A stretch of DNA of 59,257 nucleotides, filler included, from Streblomastix strix (taxonomy: Eukaryota), in assembly GCA_008636045.1 (NCBI GenBank). It is 2 parts of 2 records of this genome, joined end to end, with 100 filler letters (N's around TTAATTAATTAA, not from the genome) between each part and the next. Parts side by side here need not be neighbours in the genome. Positions count along the whole stretch, not along the records: positions 29,686 to 59,257 come from SNRW01000100.1; 1 more part is not named here. One strand, written 5' to 3'. Positions 44,597 to 57,560 of the stretch are shown here, piece by piece; the stretch's first letter is position 1, and every line of letters begins with the position of its first letter. The notes below the pieces were generated by a model. That model did no database searches, was not told the DNA's origin, and worked only from the letters and a program-made list of their open reading frames with translations. Made by a program: the position numbers and the translations under genes.

Positions 44597-45860
44597 CTTA
44601 TATTTTAGACAGGATAGGACTTTCTAGAGGAGCTTAGCAACTATTCATCAATGGATATAGATTCGAGACGTAAAGACACTACCTTTATGCAATAAGAACA
44701 TTGGCAGAATTCTCTTACGAACATGGTCTCAGTATTTACCAAATACTCTCCATACGCCCTGGATTTCTACTTTTGGAAGTGATAAATTGGTTTATAAGAT
44801 GGAATCCAACTGCTTCTTCAACTAATACTCTCCAATCTTGCCTAAATACAATGTTCTCTCTCATTTTTGAAATACCATAAATAACATCGACTCCGTCAAA
44901 ACTGGCGTTTAGAGCAGTTTTATTCTGTAAGATTATAAACAGAAGATATTCTAATATGTGAGATATTAGAAAATCATTTAATTATTGGTTCTCGAGACCT
45001 GATGATAAAGATTTATCAGATACAGAGATATAATCGAAACTTGAATCGTTGTTACTCTTCATATGTTTCATCAGAATAAACAAGGTAGCCGAATTAAACT
45101 TAGCCATTTCGAACATAGATTTTGGAAACTAAACACCTATTTTATGCTTATCTCCGAAAGCGTATAATTCGATTGATCAATATGAGATAAGAAGAACAGG
45201 AGATCCAAACGTCTGTCCTAATTGAACTTTGCTCACTTGGCTTAATCGTTTATATTGGCATTATGGGATAGATCATGAACACTTTACGAACCTTTTTTGG
45301 CATTCTGATGGGTAACCAGCAGATAAACGACGAATCAGTCTTTGGTTGAACTCCCTTTTACGCGAAATCAGTATCCGTGGGCAATTGCATACTAATTTAA
45401 GCATGCAGCATCAACAGAACTAGCAAGACAAGGACTCAAAACGACTAAATTGAACATTTTTACACCCTACAGTGAATTTTCAAAAGTTGCAAGCAACTAC
45501 TATATATATGCTGCGAATGCTGGGATTAATGATATCGCGTCTTTGCTCGAGCGAAGTCACGGCCAATGCTTTGCCACTTAAACCGTCTCGTAATAAAGAA
45601 GTGGAGAAATTGAACGAAGTAACATAATTACATTGCCAGAATATTATTTATAACACTCTGGTAATAGTACGTTGTTACGGAATTCAATTGCTCAACAACT
45701 TGTGCTCCCGTTCCATGAGACCCTACCCGTCGGTCGAGGAATTGAACCAAGCGACAGCATAAGGGTACGAAGCGATATGATATACGTTGATCAATATCAT
45801 AATGACAATACGTCTATACAACAAGACTATTAGAGCAGTAACAATGACAATTAATTTGAA
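44560..45860 (+). pseudogene. DIRS tyrosine recombinase (disrupted)
   Basis: KLESLLLFICFIRINKVAEL (catalytic Arg box), DPNVCP, AY.FKHAASTEL and VASNYYIY (catalytic Tyr region). In-frame TGAs near 44960 and 45225 and a frameshift near 45380. Confidence 0.8.
45581..45666 (-). repeat. Right/internal inverted copy of the DIRS left end (ITR or ICR-like)
   Basis: AACCGTCTCGTAATAAAGAAGTGG...ACACTCTGGTAATA is the reverse complement of 38974-39059 and lies within the YR reading frame. Confidence 0.85.
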
Positions 45861-46625
45861 CAACGAAGAAGTTTTGATAAATATAAATATCAATCATTAA
45901 ATAATAAATTAGGCGAAAAGATTCAAATCAATAAGTAACATATGATACTGTACAAATATTAAATTGAAAATGAAAAGTAAATTTCCAAAATAGAAAATTA
46001 TTCAAGTTTAAATCTGATTTAACAATTCATTAATCTTAATCGAATACAATTCACAGCAATATATGCTTCCTATACAATTTATTGAGAATGTGAAGATAAA
46101 ATAAAGCTTAAGAATTAAATTATAAATTTGTAAATATTTGATTAAAATGTATTTAAAAATATGTTTTAGAAATAATAATAAAGTGTATAAATCATTTGAT
46201 TATGATTCTGATTGGGAATAATGAATTTAAATTTATTTAATATATTTGCTGTTTTAAACTCTGTATTAAGATAAAGTTAAAGAAATTTAATAATTATTTG
46301 TTGCAAATAAATAAATGCAATTTAATTTTACCAATTATTTAAGTTAACTATTCGAATCGAACATGAAAATAAAAAAATAAAATAATATTAGACTTTTTCT
46401 GTCAAGTAATAAAAATTATTTGTTTAAAATTAAAAAAAATATTTTAAATTATATTTATATATGTCCTAGCAATATTAATACATTAATGAATGCTAACTAT
46501 TTTTAAAAAATAACAATTCTTTAAAAAATTTCAAATAGAATATCACTCATTGTGAATTTATTTATAAATTAGAAACAATAATAATTGTTCAAATATATTT
46601 GTTTAATATAAGAAAATAATAAGGA

Positions 46626-48381
46626 TCAATGCATCTGGATTTCAGCATTATTCGCTATTTTGAAATATGAAATAAATAAATAAAAAAATTAATGAGTATA
46701 TAAATTATTGGAAATATAAATATAATTTATACCAGCATTTTTAGAGAGAAAGTTGAGTGCATTTATAGCTGTCATCTATGTATTCTCATCAGGATCATTT
46801 CTGAGTGTTTACAAATGAGAAATAATCGATTTTCTCATTTGTTCGTCATCAATCTTCTTACTCTTGAATAATCTACCAATGCAAATAGAAGCAGAATCTT
46901 TGATTTCTTTCACTTGAGTAGTGCAGAAGAGTTTGTACATCTTAGAAATTCCATCACATACAAGAACTGCTTCATAATATTTGTGTGTTTCATCTGGAGA
47001 TCTTGAGTCATATACATGATGAATGATATTGTGAATTGCTGTCAGTGCACTTCCTGCAATGCTTTCATCAATAGGATGATCTAATATTCTTATCAAGGCA
47101 GGAAATGGATTCTTTCTGCAACATTGAATAGTGAATTCATTAGAGCAACAATCAGTCATCATCAGATATGCAGTTAGTAAAGGGAGTATTATAGTATTGA
47201 ATTCGCGTGTTGCTATAATGAATAGCAATGAATCAACAATCCCAATATCAAGAATATTCTATCTTAATTCATCGTCTTCTCGATCTTCAAGAATCGCTGT
47301 CAGAACTTCGCATTTATGTTCTTGTTCAGTTTATACCATTTTATTTTCTTCTGAGTTTCCACTTAATTCTTTTCTCAATGAATTTCTAATCTATATAAGG
47401 AGATATCCTTTCAGAATCTCTGAAAGATTAACTAATTTATTGAATATTTAATAAAATAATTATAAAAAAATAAATTGGAGATATTATAATATATAAATAT
47501 AATATACCTGGATTCCAGGATAGATGATTTATAGCAAATAATGCACCATTTCTTGTTTGTTTGTCAGAATCATCAGTAAGCAATTTAAGATGTTATATAA
47601 TATCACTTCTCATTTTCGAATCTTTAATCTCTTTAGCTCTGTAAAGATATCCAATACACACTGAACAGCAATCTCTCGTGTATTTGTTGGCATTTTTTGT
47701 GAAGATTTCATAAATCTTATCAATACCATCGCATCTTTATATCTCATCAAAATGCTGATTTACTTCATCTTCCGCAGTGTCTTCAATGCCTTCAGTAATT
47801 AGATTGTGAATAGATGTGATTGCATTCCCGACAACTTCAGCATCTACATGACTTAGAAGACGAATTAATGCTGGTTGTAGTTTTTTAATCAGAATTTGAT
47901 TCCTGATCCATTTTGAGCAGAAGATTGTTAGACAGTAGAAGGCAGAACAAAAAGGAAGAGTGATTGAATTAAGATCACGAGTTGTCAATATTTGAAGTAG
48001 AGACTCTACAATGCCTGATCTGATTAGATACATTCGCCCTTCATCATTTTCCTCATTAAATTTCAGCATTTCAACAAATATAACACATGCTCTTTCTTGT
48101 TTTTCAATAATATCTTTTTATTGTTACTATGATCCAGATACTTTTATTTTAAAATCATCATTTATCTATTTGAAAACATTTTCACGCTCACTTTATTGTA
48201 TTTGAATTGTTTATTATTATTAAAGTCTCTGATTAATTTCATTTTCATTCAACTATTGACCTTATGTTTAATTTCTGAGATACTCCATTAGTTGATTGAA
48301 TAATTGTGCTTGTTCTTGTGTTATTTAAGCTCCTTATTCTTATTAATTATCTGTTTTATTATCATCGGAATTTGTACTCAT
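46626..48381 (-). CDS. Armadillo-repeat protein with two tandem homologous modules; introns 47420-47507 and 46655-46732
   Basis: MSTNSDDNK... Module 1: GIVESLLQILTTRDLNSITLP...PALIRLLSH...DGIDKIYEIF...CIGYLYRAK. Module 2: GIVDSLLFIIATREFNTIILP...PALIRILDH...DGISKMYKLF...CIGRLFKSK. Stop TGA 46628-46626. Confidence 0.8.
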
Positions 48382-48733
48382 TTTCTAATTAAGAATTAGT
48401 AAAATATCATTAAATTTAAGGCAAATGATTGAAAAAATAAATTTCTTTTTCAAATTAGAAAATTTGGCCAAAGCAACTATGAATATTTAATTTGAATAAA
48501 AATTTGGCATCCCTATTTAATAAACTATCTATAAACAAAATAAGAATACATAAAATATCAAAAAGAAAATTTTAATGTTTTTAAAAGATGAAGGAGAGAA
48601 ATTCAAAAAATTGCATCAATTATCTGAAGTATTTGAATTGCTTCATTAATTATTTTAATTATATTGTATTGTGCGACTGAACAAGTGAATGTGCGAAAAT
48701 GATTAAAAACTGAACATGCAAAACTGGTCATAT

Positions 48734-49423
48734 TCAGTTACTGTGAATGAAGTGGTTCAGTATTTCTGCTTTGGTACAGTTTGCCCAATACTTGATGTCA
48801 TAATAACCTTCTCTTTTATTAATCATTTAGGCTTCAACTTCTTCATTTGCTCCTTCTTCTTCTAATTATTCTTCGGATCTTCGAGCAAGCAATGGAAGTG
48901 GTTGGAAGGATGGTTAATAATCTTTATTTCTACCTTCATGTAGTGCTCTGAGGAACCAGGAGATGAAACTCAATCCATTACAGATCTCCTTATCATGCTC
49001 CTCTCCAATGCCTCCTGCTGTACTTAATGAAAGGAATATCACTCTTCCATATCCAACTTTTACAAGTTCTGATTGGACTTATGCATCACTATAATATTGA
49101 ATCCAACAAAGACACTCTCTACTTCTACCTCTTAATGTTAACATCAATTGATCAACTTCTTTATTGAAGTGAATTCTGATTTTGTACAATGAAAGCGTTA
49201 TGAGTGATCGAAGTAGCTTCGGAATCTAAGTAACTGAATTGCATGACTCGTTCATCTGGATTTGAACTCCAAGGGTTTGAAGTGAAGAAGAAACTTCAGT
49301 AATATAATGTGCAGATTCTGATTCCGATTATTCAATTTATTTTCTTTCCTTGTTATATGTGCATGGATCAGAAAAGGAAATTATTGCATTTGCTGCATCT
49401 TAGATTTTTTATTTGGAATCCAT
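48734..49423 (-). CDS. Lineage-specific hypothetical protein (229 aa; STAGGxGEE / EEEGANEE family)
   Basis: Single-exon ORF MDSKQKIQDAANAIISFSD...VQSELVKVGYGRVIFLSLSTAGGIGEEHDKEICNGL...PLPLLARRSEEQLEEEGANEEVEAQM...ILNHFIHSN*. I recall these motifs from a much-expanded Streblomastix hypothetical family. Confidence 0.8.
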
Positions 49424-50255
49424 TTTATTCTGATTCTTTTATAATATAAAAATAGAACATGAAATAATAATTAATGCTGCTAATAACGAAAGAATAAAAT
49501 TTAAGCATGTCTAATAAGCCATGAGAAGAAGGTCTTGGCTGGCTCAGCGGATTTGGTTTGGCTCATTATGATATATCAAAATATTAAAATTAAATTCAAC
49601 TCATATATTGTTCATTGTCTATGATTATATTAGAACTTTTAAGGTAAAAAAATCATAGAAAAATTAAATGAAAAACCAGAGTTTGCTTGAAGTATAAAAT
49701 TTTTATTCAAAAGTAATAAAAATAAGTACTTCTTAAGAGTTTAAATGGTTAAATATACAAATAAAAATATATTCAGGACTTCATTAAGATAAAAATGCAG
49801 TTTCGGAAAAATAAATTTTGTGCCCGTATTTCTGGTTGAAGTGTAAGAATAATTAGTTAAATATTGCGTAACAGTGCTAAAAACATATTCATTCAATTAA
49901 TAGAATATTGAACATAAGATAAAAATTTAAAAATAAGTGCAAAAATCAAGAAAAACTATCTCCCAATGTACAATATGTAAATTGTTCAAATTTAGAAATA
50001 AATGTATTTCTTGTTGCATAATAAACAAAATATAATCAATAAAAAACAATTTGTAGATTAAATATTGTGTAAAACGTGAAAGATACTTTGTGATGATTTT
50101 TTTTGCTAATATTAACATCATTTATATTCAAATGTATGAAATATTCTCTTCAATATGCATAATTGTGAATTTAAAATACATCATAAACAACAAAAACATA
50201 TTTCTATAGTAAATTCATTCTAATAAATAAAATGTAAATTTAAATCTTAAAATTC

Positions 50256-52320
50256 TATCTGATTGATCGTCACCAAATAATGCATATCTCATCTCGCTCG
50301 AATCCACAGCTATATCGAAAAGTATTTTATCTGATAGTTCAACTTCACGAAGTTGCTTCATTTCAAATGCATCAAAATATTTAGCAAATCAATCAACACC
50401 TTCGAAGTTTGCAGTCTTGATCATTTGCTTCAGACGGATATGACGTGTAAGAGACTGAGAAAATAACATATTTAAATTGTAAATAGTCAGTAATTATAGA
50501 ATTAAATGCTAAAAAAAGATGTATTATTTAATAAAATAGTAAATAATTCTAATTATTTATATTAAAATTAATTATACATATGTTAGTATATAACCATCAG
50601 ATCCACTACTCACACATTCAAGATCATCCTGTGTTACCCACGCAGCTGTTACAGCCATCCTATGCTCCTTCATAGTAGCTACAAGCTATTGATCATCGCG
50701 ATTAAGCTTCCACAAACGCACTTGACCTTCTGATCCTCCACTTACAATTGCAAGTGAATTTTGGAACTTTGTGACACTTGATACCTTCTTGTGCAAAATT
50801 AATTGCTTATAAAAGTCTCCTAGACTCTGATCCAAATGATCTTATCTTCCCATCACTCCATCCAGAGATCATTTCAGTTCTTGATAGATTGAAACAGAAA
50901 CAAAGTCATGAAACATTAGGAACTTCAATTCTTGCATGTTCATTAACAGATCTAAAACGTTACAATCTAATACCACTATATCCACATGTTGCAAATATCT
51001 CTGAAGTTGATTGTGCAAATGCAACACCACGAACACCATTACGATGACTTGATCTGACTAATTCAGCATCCATTGTAGGTACAATTATTGAATATACCAT
51101 TGATTGATTTATAGCAACAGTCAAATCATACTTATGTCACTTATAATCATATGAAAGTCCACTTGGTCTGATTGCATCCTTCTATCTTGGAATAAGAGAG
51201 CGCTCTGCAGTTGCAATTGCAACACGACCATTAACATCAACTTTCCTTGGTGGTCCTCTAGTTGGTACAGCTGTCTTCTTTGATCCTGTTTATTTGGGAC
51301 TCATTGATCTCTTCATTGTCTTTGTTGCTAATCCATATCCAAGTGGTTGTATCTTTAATGGTGTGATCTTCCCCAATACTGCTGTCCTTCCTAATGTATC
51401 TAATTGTGGAATCATTCAATTCAATGAATTATATATTTTGTATAATACAATTTCTCCATTCCCACTTCCTGCAACAATTGCTACCCCTTTATCTCCACTA
51501 ATGAATAATTCAAGTTAAGAAATACCTGCTTGAAGTTTGTCTTTTTCTTTAACTGGCCCAAAGTGTTTGATATAGTAATTCTGTATATCAAATGCTATAA
51601 TGTCTCCTGTTGTTGAACCAAGATACGCATATTTGTCATCATTATCAACGACTGTAGTTGTCTAGATTCTTCTCATATCTTGTACTATTTCATTACTGAA
51701 GAGTTTTGAGTTCTTGTAATCAATGACCCATATTCGCTGGTGGTTTAAGTTCCTTATTTTGAATGATTCATCCGATTTGATGAAGAATCTTATGAAATTT
51801 AAGTATTTGAGAGCAACACGATGATCACAAACTGAAAATATATTTAAATACAACAAAAAAATGAAATCAAATTAAAATTTATTGTTGTTTTTCATACTCT
51901 ATATTCCCTTAGAAACATTCCGAACAACAACATCATTATCACCCAATCTTCCGTGATACCATTAATTGTTCAGACGGAGAGAAAGATATTCCTTTGATCA
52001 TTCAATTGTATCTGCGAAGTTTGCAAAGTATTCTCCATATAACGAAGTTCAATACTACAATATCGAACTAAATAACGAATATAAGATAAAAAATAATAAT
52101 TTAGATGGTGAAAAGTAGCAAGATACGTTGGATCATACAGGGTATCCAGTTCAAGTTTCCTCCATAGACGAGATGTATCTTCCATTTCAAGATGTTGCAA
52201 TAGATACAATATTTTCTGTGCGCTCAAGAAAGAACTCAGTGTCCCAGTCCGGTAATTTGATAACAAAATTTCTCCAAATCAAATAAACCTCATGTTGGTA
52301 CAAATCGCACTTGAAAAAAA
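50256..52320 (-). pseudogene. CFAP52: CFAP52/WDR16-like WD40 flagellar protein pseudogene (truncated)
   Basis: HRNGVRGVAFAQSTSEIFATCG, RIEVPNVS*LCFCF, ISGWSDGKIRSFGSESRRL, IVSGGSEGQVRLWKL and MKEHRMAVTAAWVTQDDLECVSSGSDG match CFAP52. TGA at 50906-50908, a frameshift near 50790, an internal deletion and a missing C-terminus. Introns are retained. Boundaries approximate. Confidence 0.7.
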
Positions 52321-52975
52321 ACTATAAATATAATAATAAAAATGAAATGAAACAATTGAAAATTTTTACAAAATATAATAATAAATAAAAAATAAAGTCA
52401 ACTATAGTGCGTAAAACAAAATTTATTAAGAAAAAAATTGTTATACAAATTTCTTGACAAAAATTAGATAAAAATATACAAATTATATATAAAAAATTGA
52501 TATAAAAATTAAAAATAATTTTAAAGAAATTTATATATAAATAATACATTGGCTCATGATATTTAGATTGAAAAATAAAATAAATGTCTTGATATTCTTA
52601 TTAATTAGTTATTTTGCAGCTACATATATTAATTATAATAGTAGTGATATCTACAATTAGGCCTGGGCAAAAGTGGCAAGGTGGTAAGGCAATTTAAGCA
52701 TGCAAGTCAGTAAAAATTTCGTTTGCCAGTGTATTAAAAATTATTATTTATTTTGCTTAAATTGAATGTAATTGATAATAATTAGTATATTATTGTTATT
52801 AAAGTTAAATTTATAATTGAAACTAAAGTTTTAATAAATTTAAATATAAATAAATGAAATAATAGAAACGATAAAGAATAATATAATATTGCTAAAATTA
52901 AAAAACCATCAGAACTATTGCGCTGTGTCCAGTTGTGATCGATTTAGGTTTCTATTCATGTTCCTTGTATGTTCA

Positions 52976-53375
52976 TCGGTCGATCTTGCTTGGTATCTCT
53001 TTGAACTTGCATGCAATGTGAGACGTATGGCAATCAAGATCTGGTGTGTATCCATTCTGAATCTGAATGAGATGTTGCAAAACATAAACTTTAGCTTGGA
53101 ATGATTCAGCTTTTTTTGGTGTATCTTGTTTTGAATCTCTGCATACAAATCCTCTTTTGATATCATTAATTGATACATATTTCAAATTGAATCGAGTTTA
53201 ATCTATAGATACTGCAAGTTTGAAAGCATCGTGGTGCATCTCAACAGATTTGCATTCACTCGTTATCATTGCTCGTGCAATTGTCACTACTTGTCACAGT
53301 GTAAGGATTCAGGCATCAATATGTCGAACAGACACTTACAACAGATCTTGAAGACATCCTAGATAGTAATGAATT
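52976..53375 (-). pseudogene. EEF1A: Elongation factor 1-alpha pseudogene fragment (domains II-III)
   Basis: IQDVFKI...QVVTIARAMITSECKSVEMHHDAF...[72 protein letters not shown]. Conserved Gly codons are mutated to TGA; no GTPase domain is visible. Confidence 0.9.
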
Positions 53376-55199
53376 CATTCCGTTTTATGCCTTTAAAATA
53401 AATTTATTAATATGAATTTATTAAAAAAATATTGAAATTTAATTTATTAATTATTAAATAATATTTAGTTGGAATAAAATTAGCTGGAATTCGAGTATTT
53501 TATAGTTTTAATTATAATTTTGGGAATTTGGTAGAATATGAACTAAAATTTTAATTACAATAAATAATGTATTTAATTTTGATTATATTTGAAAATAATA
53601 GAAATAATAATGCAAAAATATAAAAATAATGGTTATTGAAGCGAAATAAAAAATTTTGCTTGATATCTGAGAAAATGAATTTTATTTAAACTTAAATTAT
53701 TTGGAAATAAAATGAATTAAGCATCTAAATCACTGTTTTGAGCAATAGTTACGTTACTGTACTAGGCTCTATTATAAATACGCTCAGAATATACGTCGTA
53801 AAAAACGCTTACCAAACTCAGGCACTGCCCAATGACCGCCTAGGCGGTTAGGCGGTTACTTGCACACGTTATTTCTATCAAACCTATCATACAAATTAAA
53901 TAATTTTTTATAGTTACATAGACCATGGAGTCTTTTTTACTTAACATATTATAATTCAAGTGAAATAAATATGTGAAGTAACTCATTCGTTTTCAAATGT
54001 TGTAAGTTCATGCTACATATGTAAGGTGTTTTGAATTAAACTTTTTATTTTTTGATGAAAAGAGTAAACATCATCATTTGTATGTATTACCACACTTTAT
54101 CATAACTGCTAGCAGAGATCATAATATTAATTTTTTTTTAGTTCCAATTCATTTTTGCAAGAAGTTTTTATTATAATTTTTTTAAATAGTTCAAATACGA
54201 TTATATAAAAAAGTAGAAAAAAAATAAATTGTTAAAATTTAAATCTAATCATTAATATCATACATATTTATGATTCTTGTTGTTAATGATGTCAAAGGCT
54301 CTTCTAAAAAAATAGTGCATTCTCGTAAATTCGTCATTATTAATAGTTAAAAAATTAAACGGGTTTAAATAATAAATTAAAAAAATATTCACTCAAACAT
54401 TGATATTATACAATAAAACGTGATTTAATATTTTCCAGCATCTGTTTTTGGCACTTTATGTATAATGATTCAAATCTACATAAAAATAAATAAATAAATA
54501 ATATTCAAATAAACTTTTAAAAAAAAATATAAAATTTTGTCTGAAAAGTTGTGTGTATAGGTTAATAATTAAAACTAAAAAATTTTAGCCTACAAAGTGT
54601 ATAATGTTATATTTTTTATTTTAAAAATTGATAAAATTAGAAAATACTTAAAATATTTCATCTAAAATATGATTAATGTAATATTTGTCAATAAAAATAG
54701 AATTTGAAGTTAAACTATTGCTTAATTTTTTGATATGGCAAAGATTAAAATGGCTAGTATTATAAAACACTGAATTTATAAGTAATATTTTTTATTAAAA
54801 TAAAAAAAACAATAAGATCAATTATATTTAAAGAAAAATTGTTGTAATAAATAAAAAAGTCATTTAATATTAAAACTAGTAGTATATTTATAGTCTAATA
54901 GAATTTAAATTGTGAAAAATGATTCAAATAATTACTAAAGATAAAAAGTACAAACTATTTTGCTTCGGATAGCGCAGGTCGTTTGTTTGCATAAGTAGGA
55001 ATTAGTATAGAGGGCTAAGTAGATAAACAGTAAACTTAAGGTTAAGGATGTATTGTTATTTGCTAATATTGTTATTAATTTGTGAGTTACGGTTTACTGG
55101 AGTACTTTAAATAAGAGTAGATTGTTATTCCTAATCACTTTTATTAAATTATCTTTATTCTATTTTTCTTTTTTTTGTTAATTCCCGACTCAAAGCGCA

Positions 55200-57200
55200 C
55201 ATTTTGCACAAATCAGTTTTATTGGTTGGGTTATAAAAATTTGGAATGAAGTTCAAAAAAAATTTTATAAGAAGAATTTTAGATTTTTATTCTTTTGCTG
55301 ATTTTCTCAATTATCCCCCTACTCCTAGTGAAAAACTTAAACCGAACTGTTCCATTTCTACTAATGATTGTTCAGCATAAACTACAGCAAGTAAATAAAT
55401 TCTTGAGGAATCGGGTAAATGTTTGAAAGAAATTGCAATATTTCGTAATATTTTATCTTAATGGTCTTTTTTAAAATAAATATTAAATAAATTATTTAAT
55501 ATGTAATTTTCAAACCAATCAATTTAGTTTTTAATTTTTATTTTTGTTTATAATCGTCTTCGGAATTCTTGAAAATATTAGAAATCATTTCTGATTCTTA
55601 GTTCGGTGCTATTCTGTTTATAAATCCAAAAATTTTGGATTAAAACAATGAATTTGTTAAAACTTAATTTTACTTAAAATTCTATTTTTATTAAATATTT
55701 TAATCGTCATATTCATCAAATTTTTCTACCGATCTTTCATTAATTCAGACCTATTAGAATTTTTTAAAAAGAAAATAAAAATAAATTTATAAAATAATTA
55801 TATAGAAATTTTTGATTTATATATATTCAAAATATAAAAACTGTTTAATTTTTTTTTTAAATTTAAATAATTTAAATTATTAAATTTTATTTTTTTTTAT
55901 TTTAATTACAAAATATTACTAATTTAATTTAAAAATTATTAATGATTTTTAAAAGTTTCGATAAAAATTTTGATGATAAAAATGATAATAGGTCTAAAAA
56001 AAATTAAAAAATTTGAATTTTAAGCTTTATTGGTTTTACAAGGAAGCATATAATAATTTGAATGTTTGAAATTTGGTTTTGTTTCTTTTTGCATATTTTC
56101 AAAACTATACATTTTCTGCTATATTTTGCTGCAATTGTTTTCGAACAATATCTCTATCTTTGAATTATATATTTTTCAAAACAATATAATTTATATTAAA
56201 TTTTTTTATTTAAATTTTAACTTTTAATTTTTTTATAAATATTTCTTAAAAAATACAATTCCCAGATAAATTAATAACAAACGTAGTAAGAATTAATCTC
56301 GTTCCCCGCCTAGAGAATGATTTTTTTGAATAGAACGATTGACCACCAATTATTTTTTTTTTCTGTGTTTAATTTTTATATTTTGTTGATCTTCATACGA
56401 CCTACACAGGAAATATTAATTTATTTTATACATATTTTTAATTCATGACCATAATCAAAGAATAATTTTATTCAACTATAATTATTATTATTGACCTAGA
56501 TTATAATTTTGATTTTTCTAAATAAGCTCCATCGAACGAAAATGCAGTTCAAACGAATATATGGAAAATTTCACATACAACTTTGTTAAACTTAATTCAA
56601 ACTTAGATTTAACTTTTGAATTATTTCTTACAATTTCAGCATTACCTAGAAAAATTATTTATTTTCTTCTTCATAAAGTAAATATTTCAGTGACATTTTT
56701 CGAATGGTAAAATACATACGATATCCATTCAATAACTTTACAAAAGTACTGTTCTTATTTTTAATTTCCATTCTAAATTTCTTGTCCTTAAACTAATTTT
56801 TAAATTTATTTAAAAAACTATTAAATTCTTAAAAATTTTGATGAAAAAACTATTAGTAAAAATTTGAATTTACTTTGTTAAATTAAAAATGAAAAAATTT
56901 ATTATTTGTTAAAAATTATTCACAATTTGTGGAAAATATTATGATATAAAAATTTTATCCTTCTAATCATTCTATTAATTTATTTTTTAATTTTAAATGA
57001 TGAAATTCTGATTAATCGACTAAATAATACATAGTAAAGACTGAATAATGCGATTATCTAAATAATTTTAAATAGGAAAAATGACGTTGAAGCCGATTGA
57101 AACTTTAAATATAATTGTTCGGCAATATAACTACATCAAATTGAACGACTAATTCTAAATGTTTCTTATTCTTTCCATTTGTCTTACGTTGATAATATTC
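55200..57200 (-). mobile_element. Possible highly decayed hAT-like transposase relic
   Basis: ACGAGATTAATTCTTACTAC near 56302-56283 is one small lesion away from TRWNSYY. A weak dimerisation-like segment LAVVYAEQSLVEME..FS lies near 55400-55330. No long ORF. Confidence 0.25.
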
Positions 57201-57560
57201 AATTAATCATACACAAGAGTGTTAAATCTCAGAAACAAATAAATATATATAAACTAGATGAATCTATATAAAAGTAAATAAATACATCAATTCTATACAG
57301 ATTCAGTTTCTGCTTTTGATTTATAAATCAAATAACATACAAATCAAAGATAGACTTTTTATTACAAGTATTTATATTACAACTACAATAATAAAAAAAA
57401 TTAATAATTTGAATTTGGTATCATAAATAATAATAGTTTAATTAATATTTTTCATTATTCAAATTTCATTCAATTCCAACTTAAATTCATTTGCCTTATC
57501 TTTTAAATCTTTAATCATTTTTATTATTATTCAGATTACTTATTTTCATACTTATTCAAT

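Larger units (their letters stand above)
38974..45860 (+). mobile_element. DIRS1-type tyrosine-recombinase retrotransposon, decayed
   Basis: GC-richer island with a gag-like ORF, then RT, RNase H, Dam-like methyltransferase and YR domains in DIRS order. An ~86-bp inverted repeat links 38974-39059 and 45581-45666. Several TGA stops and frameshifts. The right boundary is approximate. Confidence 0.9.

Noticed and set aside
43009..45560. RT + methyltransferase + tyrosine recombinase as a novel prokaryotic retron/defence or phage module
   Set aside because: The RT-RH-MT-YR domain order, the inverted repeat and the host genetic code fit the known DIRS1 retrotransposon group.
52915..53178. 87-aa minus-strand ORF ([10 protein letters not shown]...) and the overlapping + ORF
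   Set aside because: These are alternative frames of the EF-1alpha pseudogene.
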